Positions 13,707-24,300 of a stretch of DNA of 64,000 nucleotides are shown piece after piece. The number at the start of each line of letters is the position of its first letter. The first letter of the stretch is position 1. Origin of the DNA: Entomortierella parvispora E1425 (taxonomy: Eukaryota > Fungi > Mortierellomycota); contig BQFW01000005.1 of assembly GCA_020891255.1 (NCBI GenBank), positions 744,001 through 808,000 on the forward strand, given 5' to 3'. Below the pieces are notes generated by a model. That model had not been told where the DNA came from, made no database searches, and was given only the letters and a program-made list of their open reading frames with translations. The position numbers and the translations under genes were made by a program.

Positions 13707-14559
13707 ATGGTCCGCCTCTCTTTCTTCATCGCTTCGACCTTTGCATTGGCCACATTCTTGGTCCCCGCAGCCTACGCCTGTGGTAAGCCTTCAAGACATT
13801 TGGAGATTTCACGATCGTCGGTGCCAGGATAGCAATTTTCGATAGCCTCTTGAGCAGATCGTTTCCAGTTCTTCCTCAAACTAAGAGTCGGCCCAAATTT
13901 CTGTTTGATGAAAATCTAACCAAAAAGAGAATGACGATCGTATTAGAATCTGAGTGCCGCATTTACCCAGTCAAGTTCTTGGTCGAAAAGTACACTGCCA
14001 TGATCGAGGAGCGCCTTGCTTCCTTGCCTTCGAATGATCGTAACCGCGTCCAAGGCAAGACCAACGCCGCCCTCTCCAAGCTCAAGGGCCGTGGGGGTAC
14101 CATTGACAGTGCCATCTTCTCTGTGTTTCATTCCACCTGCCAGGCCAAGCCTCCTCACCGTTCCCCCGATGAGCTCTGTGGTTCGGCCAAGAGCATTGCA
14201 TGCTTTGCTCCCTGGGATCACCGCAATTCGGTCTTGAACTCTGTCCATCAGTCAGTGGTCAAGGTGTTGGAGAACTCGTTCAAGGATGAGAACGCTGATG
14301 TGCAGCAGGCCTTGGTGATCGATGTCCAGAATGCTTGCCCCAGCCATTGCAATGCCTGGGTTGAGCCGTAAGTTTCTTCTCTCCGTCCTTCAGCATTACC
14401 AATATACCCACATTCTCGATCTCACCTTGTGTTCTCTCTCCCCTTTCTTTCTTTTTCAATAGCTTCCAAATAATGATGCTCCAGTGGGAGCAGCGTGAGC
14501 ATCGCAAAGCCTATGGTGACCGCACCCCTAACTGCTCCAATGGTCGTCTCGGTTACTAA
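13707..14559 (+). CDS. Small secreted cysteine-rich protein, 197 aa, 3 exons
   Basis: Exons 13707-13782, 13947-14367 and 14463-14559 splice in frame (GT-AG). Signal peptide MVRLSFFIASTFALATFLVPAAYA is followed by CESECR; 8 Cys in total; ends WEQREHRKAYGDRTPNCSNGRLGY. Confidence 0.8.
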
Positions 14560-15414
14560 GATCTCAACCAAAAATGACCAGGGTTTTGTAATTCCAACTC
14601 TTTTTTTTTTTTTGCTTGATCCCCCCTCATTCATCCTTCATTGCATGTCATGATCCCTTTCTTTTTACCTTGTACACCTAATTGTATCGTATCGTTGTGC
14701 TTTTGCAAGATACCTCCCCTTCCTCTCTCTTATATAATAAAAAGTCAAAGATCTAGTCCATTTTTTGCAACCAAGGGTGTCGTATTCTGGAGATACTTCC
14801 ATAGTCAATGGTCAGGACAAGGGTGACTTCAGTTCAATGTTTCTTGTTTCCCTTCTTTACTTCTTCCTCGGCGTCTATCTCTGTCTTCATCATGACTAAG
14901 GTTCTACTCCTGCTCGACATTTGAGAGAGAAAAGACGCTGAAGATCCTAGACAAGGTGCTTTGTCCCTCAGTGGCCGTTATGATCTACACCATTATAATC
15001 GAATTTCATTCACTTTTTGTCATTCATCAGTGTGATTGTGAGGTTATTTTATTGAAGTCAGATACATCGCCCGCGAAGACGAGATAACCTTGAAGTCATC
15101 GAATGCCTGTCGAATTTATGTGTCGCCGCCCAGGTTATCTCGATCTTTTCCTTTCTTCCCCCCTTTTTTCAGGGTCCCTATCTCCCTCTTAGTACCCATA
15201 GTTCCTCTTAAAAAAATCATCAAGCTGCAGGTGTCTCTATTGCAAATTTTGTCAAGGAGATATAGCCATGTAATCCTTCACTGATTCCACTGTGTCTTTT
15301 CTGCGAAACGAATATCGTCGAGGTTAGATATTCTCGAAAGTCATCTCTACGCTACATGCCAGCCCCAAGGGGTATGTAGTGGCAGCTGTGGCCATATCTT
15401 TACATGGGGAGAGG

Positions 15415-16434
15415 ACTCGGTTAATCTCGGACGGCGCCCTAATTCACCTTTGGAGTGTCCGTCTGAATTCAATGCTTGCGCATGGAACGACATCCGCCAA
15501 GATCTCTTCAGAACGATGTCGCATTGGGCGTTCAGGACAGCAACAAGTAATCAGTACCTTCCGTGCAGGATACTGCTTGCGTACTTGTGCTGCAGGGGTC
15601 AGTTCGAAGTAGCGCCAACTTCGACAACACTGACAGGCTAACTTGTCCTTCATCCCGCGAGAAAGGCAGAGTCGGTCACCTGTTATTACACAGGACAAGA
15701 GCTTAGCGCAGGATCCAACCTTTGCCCTACGAGAAGGGCATCGGTAGACCGCCTATCGTTTGACGCAGAAGGATGTGCGTTAAAGTACGGGCATAGTCTC
15801 GGAACCATGGCAATCGGGAATCTCTTCATGAACATGTAAGTGTGTTTTTAATGTTATGATCAATCCTAATGGTGCATGGGTCTAAATTGTATTGATATCT
15901 TGGTATCTTCAAGTATGATGCAGGACTGGCCCGAGAACAAAAGGGTGGAATGGTGGGACACCAATGATCGTATCATCCACGAGAGCTGGCCGTGGATCAA
16001 CAGGAAGCTGGGAGAGCTGGAGCGCATCTCTATGAACGAGGCGTCTCGCTCCCAGTGCATGACGATGTATAACATCAAGTCTACCCCACTGTCAAAAGAA
16101 ACCCTCAGAATGTTCGTCAAGAACAAAAGGGCGATCGGCCATCTCGATCGGGTGAGGATTGAGGAGCTGGAGTGGTTGCTTCTCCTGGCCCTCTCAGAGA
16201 ACCGCTGTATGGCGAGTGGGGTCAAAATCGGAAAAGGGGAGACCCATATCGATCGAATCTTTGGCGCCCATATCGACCGAAGCTTTGACGACTGCAATTA
16301 TGAGTAGGGACAGACGATGGTTTTTATTCGGTAGTTTGAACTTGGCCAAAGGGTGTATGAAAGAGTTCAGGACCCAGAAGTGGCTCCGTGCCACGACGGT
16401 TGCGGTACTCTGTATCGTGAGAAAGGGGTCATAG
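15415..16434 (+). pseudogene. Degenerate intron-containing gene with two HNH/His-Me-finger-like motifs, copy 1
   Basis: Reads CYYTGQEL...SVDRLSF...YGH...MNI-MMQD across a GT-AG intron (15836-15913), then RCMASGV...HIDRSFDDCNY...LFGSLNLAKG. In-frame stops at 15639 and 16305 and a frameshift. Confidence 0.6.
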
Positions 16435-16599
16435 GCTAAGGAACTGAAAGGAACTGAATATAACAAATAAAAACGCCCAGACAAAAAAAAAAAAAAAAAA
16501 AAAAAAATGGGTGAATGAGAGAATGAGAACTTAAGACTGTCGACCGTGAACAACTTTTTTTGCAAGCAGTACCTCTTTCTTTATAGATACAATCCCACA

Positions 16600-16804
16600 T
16601 CATTCTTCTCGCTGCTGCTTCTTAGCCTCTTGCCCTCACTGATACCGCCTCGATCGCGCTTGAGGGAAGACAGGCCCTGTACCCCTTGAACGGGGCCATG
16701 GGTAAGAATGTAGCCTGGGGTCGGTACTCAAAGAACTTTCTCATCTTGTCCTGGAGAAACCACCTTAGGCAAGCAATTGAAAAAAAGGTGACGGACCAGT
16801 CTCT
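16600..16804 (-). pseudogene. 3' terminal fragment of a FAD monooxygenase (frameshifted), paralogue of gene G
   Basis: WFLQDKMRKFFEYRPQATFLPMAPFKG matches 62846-63048. It has a 1-nt insertion (ACCCCTTG vs ACCCTTG) and upstream sequence unrelated to a monooxygenase. Confidence 0.85.
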
Positions 16805-17524
16805 GGCATTGAACACCACAGACGCCTTTGGCACACGTTTCTCTGCGGTCACCAGAGGCGGTGCAGCAGGCGCCATTGGGGCCGTTGTCTTTTCCATGCG
16901 CTGCAGCGCCTCCATTTCCGAAAACACCGAGAAGCCATCTCTAGGCAGAGAGAAAGAGTGAGAGCCATGCACTGGTTGGTTTACCTTGGGAAGTTTGGTT
17001 TCTTTCAATGTGAGCAGAACCTTGGATTGTTGAGCCAAATCTGCGGTGGTATGCAAAAACTCGGGGCTTGCGGTGCGGGGCTTGAGCTGTAAACCTCTGT
17101 TAAGTGTGCCACACAACTGCCCATCAACACGCCAAAAATACAAGGTCTGGCATATCAATATTGCTCAAGGAAGACAGCTGCTCAGCCGCATCAAGGCTGA
17201 GCATGCAGGGAATCGCTCACCGTCTTCCGATCGATCGATATAATTACGGTATTCCCCTACACGTTTTGCATTCCTGAACAGTTGTACCGTAGGCATACCT
17301 GCATCTGGGGTTTGAAGGTAATTTCAACATGGATCTCATTCGTCAGTGCTCTCCGTTGCACCATGTAGTCGATATTCTCCTCTGTATCCGTGCTACTTAC
17401 GTCTTCGCATCCTGCTGTTTTGGGTTATCTTTTGAGCATATATCCTTTCCAATTGTGTACTCCTGGGTCATGGATGCTGAACGGTCATAACTTTTTTTTA
17501 TTTGTTGTTGGTGATTGAATCCTG

Positions 17525-18418
17525 TTACTGTGGTCCTTCGCCTCCTGGGATGAGCTAGTGCATTACACAGATCACAAAATACATACGTCTGTTAGAAACC
17601 AACTTGTACAGTGTAGTAAAAACTTGCGACAACTCCTGTTTTGATCTAGTTTACCATGCAGATGTTGTTTCCGTTCAAAAGAATTTGCTCCAGCTTTGTC
17701 GTTTTCCTGCCCTCAGGTGTGTTTTCACTAGCAAAAAAGAGATAAATAAGATCATGACGTTAGAACAAGCACCTACACCAGACAGACACGATCGTGTGAG
17801 CCACTGGTCCATTCTTTAATTCTTACAACTCTGTGACATCCTCGAGGACCATGTTGACGTAGTCATCGAAGTACTTGAGTGTGCCAGTGAACTCCTTCTC
17901 AGACTTCATCACCACCCAGATCTTGGACCCAATGCACGAGTCGATCAATTCTAAAAGGCAAAGGCCAGTTGTTAGGATCCTATCTCTTGCTACACCACAA
18001 ATCAATCGACCAATGCCTGATTCCGTCGCTAAAAAGCTAAAGTCATCCTTGTCTATATAGTGGCGAGCATGTCCTTTCCAAATATCTCCATTGCGGGCAA
18101 TCGGTATTTTTTGAGGATAAACTGAGCCAAAGTCATTCGTGGCCAGCAGAAATCCCTTAATTGAATTCCATGATGGTCCCGAGTCAGACCTCCAATCAGA
18201 CCTGCACTACCGTAACAAGACATTCTTCTGGCGTCCCTGCTGTAAATTGGTATGGCGCCCTCCATTTGTAAAGTTGCCACCATCTCATTCGCGGTAACTG
18301 CTTCGTTGGTACTCCTGTATGTCCTGTTCCTGAGAAAAAACCATGAGAAATATGCGGTCCTGTCATTACCAAGTGGAAGCTGGTGGATGGAGCCGACCGC
18401 GGATGCTGGTGCTGACAT
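17525..18418 (-). CDS. LSM5: U6 snRNA-associated Sm-like protein Lsm5, 4 exons
   Basis: Exons from 18370-18418 and 17827-17950 down to the stop at 17525 splice to [91 protein letters not shown]. Confidence 0.88.
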
Positions 18419-18519
18419 GACTGTGATATGGTGTGTGGTGGGTGATGGAAGAACTGACGAGAACAGAGTTGACGGGGGTTGCATGCAACTGGAAAACCGT
18501 ATTATTTAACATCCGCATT

Positions 18520-21131
18520 GATCTATTGTCCGGTGACATCACAACTTTTTTTTCTTTTTTTTTTGAGAAACTTTGACCTGGCGCGTGCAAATTTCACAGC
18601 GTTTGGACTCTGAACACAAACGATCAATTGGCATGGTAACCATTGGACCGTTGGACGTTTAGGTGCATGGCCTTGAACACAAAGCTCTCTTGCTGAGATT
18701 GTAATCACCCTGTCTGTGTGGGAACACATCTGGATTAGATACAAAGACCATCGCACTTCTTCATTTTTGACCTTTCTCTCTCTTGCTCAACAACATACAC
18801 TTCCCCCTCCTCCTCTCCTAAACTTCAGCTAAATCCATGTCAGAGACAACAACTTCATCGCCCGTAGTCCTGATTGCAGGTGCTGGACTGAGTGGCTTGC
18901 TGTTGGGTGCACTTCTCGAGCGGGCAGGCATCGAATACTATATCTTTGAAAGAGCCAACAAAGTCAAGCCTCTTGGTAAGGATTCCCAACCAAGGAGAGA
19001 ATCGATGGCACCTCGCCTTGATCTGAACTTTTCTTCTTTGGCCGGATATTAGGGAGCGCAATGGTTCTTGGACCAACCATCCTGGCGGTGTTTGAGCAAC
19101 TGGGTATTTTGGAGGATCTCCAAAAGATCTCGCTCGAATTCAGGGCCATTGAATTGCACAACGAAAAGATGGAAAAGTTGTCGACCATCCAGATGAAGAA
19201 CGATGTGGAAATGTATGAGAACTTCTTCCTGTAATGTCGCCTCTTTTCGAGAGTCGACTCCTATCGCTTCTCTTCACCTAACGCACCTTTCTTGTTCCCT
19301 CCATCTTGGTCATCAAAACTCACTATCTCATCATTTACAGTGGTGGATACGCCTCTCAGTTGTTTGCTCGTCCAGACTTGTACGAACTGATGTTGCGTCA
19401 GGTGCCTGCCGAGAAGATTCTCATGAGCAAGAAGGTTCTCAAAGTTGAGGAAGAGGACAGCAAGGTTCATATCCACTGCTCGGATGGAACGTCGTACATG
19501 GGAGACATCTTGGTGGGCGCTGATGGTGCCTACAGTGCAGTCAGACAGGCTGCATACAAGGAAATGGCTGCTGAGGGAACACTTCCGAAAGAAGACGCCG
19601 CTGACCTTGTCGCTGGATACACGACGATGGTGGGGGTTACAAGCGCCGTGGACCCAGAAAAGTATCCTCAACTGAAGGGCGATCATTCTTTCTTTCAGTG
19701 TGTCGTGAGCGGAAGTGGACAAAGTGTAAGTGGGTCACAATGTAAGGACTGGCCCTCAAGGAATGTATTAACTTATAGACTGCCTTCGTTCTCCTGTTTA
19801 GTGGAGGGCGATGTGTGTCCCTGGGAACCGCATTTGTTGGGGGCTCAGTCATCAATATAAATCCTTGGCCGAAGGCAAGAAGCAGATGTTCATGAACTCG
19901 GAGTGGGGCCCAGAATCGAACGCGGCCATGATCAAGGACTTTTACGACTTGCCCTGCCCCTATGGTGGCACCATGGGGGACCTCATTGATGCGACCCCCG
20001 AGGACCTGGTCTCCAAGGTGTACCTTGAACACAAGATGTTTGAGACCTGGTACTACAAACGTTCGGTCCTGATTGGCGATGGTAACGATCAATGACTTTA
20101 ATGATATGTCGAAACTGAACGTGAACGGTATCCAAAGTGCTGACTTCCTTTATATTCTCTTTTGAACAAACCAGCCTGCCACAAGGTAAGCATGGGAAGG
20201 AGAGCCCTAATATCCTCTTGAAGAGATCCATGCCGAATACACATATATTGACATCATCCTTCCATTGCAGATGCTGCCAAGTGCTGGACAGGGAGCCTTG
20301 AATGCAATGCAAGGTAAAAAAAAACATGACCAAACAAACTCCAATGCCGAACATTGCATTTATTCACACAAATCTTTATACACATGCAAAGACGCCGTGA
20401 TCTTGGCCAACTGCCTCTACGACCTCAAGGACAACACTCAGGAGAGTATCACGACCGCCTTTCAGAGTTACTATGATCAGCGATTTGAGAAGGCCAATGC
20501 TCAGTACCAAAACAGCCAAGTTGCAGCTAAAGTGTTGATGAGCGCAACTTGGATCGACCGATTGATACGGACAATCGCCTTCAAATTCATTCCTCAATGG
20601 ATCCAACAAAAGAGCTACGAAAAGACGACAAGCTATCGACCTCAAGTGACATTCTTACCTAGGGCGCCAGCTAGGGGCCGGGGTAGTGTGCTCCCGCAGC
20701 TGCCCTCGGCTCGCTATGAGAAGGAAGAGCAAGAGCGGCAGAAGAAGCAAAGGGAGCAGGAGAGGGGAACACAAGAAGGCTTTCTGAATGCCGTGGCAGC
20801 GTAAACCGACATTTGAGCTTACATCCTGTCGCTTGAAACCGATCATAGCAATGGAGGAGCGGAGAACCTTGGGGCTACCATTCCTCAGAGCAGCCACAAA
20901 GATGGTTTGCTGCGTCGCCAATTGCTCTGCCAGCAGAGAAAAAGCTGTCGCTAATAAACACAAAACAAGGTGCATGCACTGCACGGTGGGTGCATTGTCC
21001 GAAGCGGAGCTACAAGACAGAGGTGCTGCAGAGAGGGAGAAAACCACGAGAGAGAAGGGTCCCAAAAGAGAGTTCAAGAGCACACACAAGAAGAAGGGCT
21101 GTCCTGAGACGAAACGGAAGGACTGGCAGCC
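18520..21131. repeat. Right arm of ~2.6-kb inverted segmental duplication (partner 10561-13209)
   Basis: See left arm. Mirrored ORF pairs appear in the ORF track (e.g. 10880..11419 - vs 20265..20804 +). Confidence 0.92.
18837..20804 (+). CDS. Group A FAD-dependent monooxygenase, paralogue B (near-identical to A)
   Basis: Same motifs and intron positions as paralogue A; appears intact. Confidence 0.9.
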
Positions 21132-21306
21132 AATGGCGAGAGAGACGCCCTGAAAGCCGCGCGCCGCAGCCAGGGAATTGTGCGGAGACATCTGCCGCGG
21201 CAAATCCGCAGGAATTAAGGTTCAGACCCGGATTGCGAATAAAAGGGGACCAAAGGGGACCGTCTTTCCTTTCCTCCACTGCACAGATCCCTCTATCCTG
21301 CTTCTA

Positions 21307-24300
21307 ATGGACGCATCCTCCTCATCGCCATCATCATTATCACCGTCCAGTGAGTGGTGCGGTCCCCAAGGCTGGGTAAGCTCCTCTTCGTCCTCACATC
21401 TGCATGATAACCCAGGAGGCAATCTTGAACACACAAATCTAATGACCACGATCGACTCTTTCTTTTCTTTGCAACGCACAGGGTCCGACGGCTGACGACC
21501 AGATCCCTTTCACACCATGCTTTCAAAATACAGTTCTCTTTGCCATCCCCGCCCTTATTGCATCTTTCTCCTTCTTCTCTCGCTATACATATCTTTCACG
21601 CCACCATGGATTGGGCCACGCCCGATCCCCCTTACTGTTCTGGCCCAACCAGATCGCAATGACTTCTGCTGTGGTCATAGTCCTTGGACATGCCGTCCAC
21701 ACCTGGGATCAGACCACCGGATCATCTATCCTAGCCACTCTTACCTTGGCTGTTTCATGGGTAAGCATCCTCTCCTCCCTGTTCTATTACTACACCGTGT
21801 GACCTCTTACTTATGAACGCACGTGCACCTCTTCTCTCTTACAGATCCTTGCCATCTACTTGAACAACAAAGAGTCCATCTACAAAATCAGAGCTTCAAG
21901 CTCTATCCTTCTTTACACCTTTTGGACTATTCTCGCCCTGATCCCCAATGTCATCGCGCTCCATGGAGACAAGGGTCCTCAGAGCATATCGACCTATCGC
22001 TTTTATGTCTCCTACCTGATCTCGATCTCGCTCGCATTTGTGATCCAGATCTGGCCCAGAGATTCGATCCACGACGACCCAGAGGCGACCTTGTACGACC
22101 AAGCTAATGTTCTCTCCCGCTGGACCTACCAGTACATGCAGACGATCATCAGCAGAGGATACAGGGCTCCATTGACAGAGAATGATCTCCAGGATGTGAT
22201 GCCTAGGGATCTCAACACTCTCGAAGGTCCATACCAAACCCTGTCTGCAGCCTGGAACTTGCATTTGAAGCAAACCGAATCCTACAACAAGGCTCAGGCA
22301 AAGCTCTCGACCTCTTCGACCAAAACGACCAAGAAGAGAGAACCAGACCTGTTCTGGCTTGTTCTCAGGGCTTTCAAGGCTCCTCTGTTCTATGCCTCCT
22401 TCTTGAACGTACTCCAAACTCTGTCTCAATTTTTGCTGCCATTCGTGCTTCAGAAGCTTCTGCGATATCTCGATTCTGATGTGCCTACATCTCAAACGGA
22501 GGGCATCTTGTTGGCCATTGCCCTCTTTGCGGTAACCGTTCTGGCCGCCATCCTTATTGGACAGTTTTACATGGTAATTCAGGATACGGCGATCAAAATT
22601 CGTTCTGCCTTGGTCTCTATGATCTATCGAAAGGCTATGGTTTTGTCGCCTGGATCGCGGAAGGGCTCGACTACGGGTGAGATTACAAACCACATGTCCA
22701 CGGACGCAGAGCGTTGGCTCATGGATTTGCTTTGGATCCCACTTTGCATCTCTGTCCCACTCCATATCATTGTGTCCATGGTAATGTTGTACTCGATCCT
22801 GGGTTGGTCTATCTTCATGGCAGTAGCAGTGGTCATTATCGTGATGCCTCTTCAAGCCAAAGCCGCCACCTATCTGGATTCCGTAGGCGAGTCCAAAATG
22901 GATGCTCAGGACCGTCGTGTTCGTTTGATGTCCGAAATCCTGGCCAACATCAAGATTATCAAGCTGTATTCGTACGACGTGGCTTTCAAGAACCGTGTCA
23001 AGGATGTCCGTCGCGAAGAGTTGGCAAACGTCAAAAAGTTCGGTATGACCATTACTTTTTTGACCATCGTCTTCACAAGTTTGCCCGTCTTCATGCTCAT
23101 GGTCACGATCATGGTCTATGCCACCATCGGTGGACCTGACTTCACACCCGGTGTGATCAATGCCGAGAAAATCTTTGTCAGTATAACGGTCTTTGCCTTG
23201 CTCAACCAGCCTGTCGGCGATGTCTCCCAGATCATCGAGTGTATGATTGGTTTGAGGGTCGCGAGTAGACGTATCCAGACCTTCTTGCTCAAGGAGGAGA
23301 TGGATCCCTCGGCTGTTCAGCACGTCCCCCATTTGCCCCGTGACCCGCGCACGCCGGCAATTCAGTTTTCGGATGCCACTTTGGCTTGGGGACCTGAGAC
23401 GGAGAATGAGGAGACCGGCACTGAGGATGAGGAGGCCCACTCTGAAACTACTGCCCTCCTCTCGGCTGAGAATGTTAAGAAGGCTTCACTGCCCACTTTG
23501 TTCGATATCAATATCTCGATTGAAAAATCCTCTCTGACGGCTGTGGTCGGTCGTGTCGGTCAGGGCAAGAGTTCACTCCTGAGTGCCTTGATTGGCGATA
23601 TGTACAAGCGCCAAGGATCCGTCAAGCTGTTTGGCTCCCTTGCCTATGTTCCTCAGCAGGCCTGGATTGTCAATGCTACCGTGCGAGACAACATTCTGTT
23701 TGGAAAGCCCTTTGATCAAAGGCGTTACGATCAGATTCTCTTTGCCGCCGGTCTTTTGCCCGATCTTGAAATCTTGGCTGCCGGTGACGCCACGGAAATT
23801 GGAGAGCGTGGTATCAACTTGTCTGGAGGCCAGAAGCAGCGTATCTCCCTTGCCCGCGCAGCGTATCAAGATGCCGATGTTTACCTATTGGACGACCCCC
23901 TTAGTGCTGTGGATGCTCATGTGGATCAGCACTTGTGGAAAAACTTGATTGGACCCGAGGGCTTGCTCAAGGACAAGACCCGTGTCTTGGTCACCCATGG
24001 TATCCATCATTTGGATCAAGTCGACTCTATCTTGGTCATCAAGGACGGACGTGTTACAGAGACTGGACATTTCAAGGAACTGATGAAGGCCAAGAACTCC
24101 TTCTATCAATTGATCAACGAGTTTTCTGCACGGAACGCTAAAGGAAACAAGAGTAAGAAGGCCAAGAAGAAGGATGCCGATGCTGTTGCTGCTTCCGCCT
24201 CTTCGTCTGCATCTGCTTCAGATGAAGATGGTGAGACAGATACCATTATCGGTGGCGCCGATGGCAAGGATAATGACAAAAAAGGGGGCGAGAAAAAGGA

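Larger units (their letters stand above)
15415..16804. repeat. Copy 1 of ~1.4-kb direct dispersed duplication (partner 61712-63048)
   Basis: Colinear same-strand similarity from ACTCGGTTAATCTCGGACG to GACGGACCAG(T/C)CTCT, with many substitutions and small indels. Confidence 0.9.

Noticed and set aside
15080-15142. Perfect 11-bp inverted repeat CGAGATAACCT...AGGTTATCTCG, and 8-bp hairpins near 17180 and 26358
   Set aside because: About the number expected by chance in 64 kb; no TSD or second copy suggesting a MITE.
15351-15380. 10-bp stem-loop just upstream of the duplication breakpoint, considered as a Helitron 3' hairpin
   Set aside because: No CTRR terminus at the expected distance on either strand and no Rep/helicase sequence.
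10561-21131. Interpretation of the inverted arms as TIRs of a DNA transposon
   Set aside because: The arms are ordinary host genes with introns; no transposase and no flanking target-site duplication.
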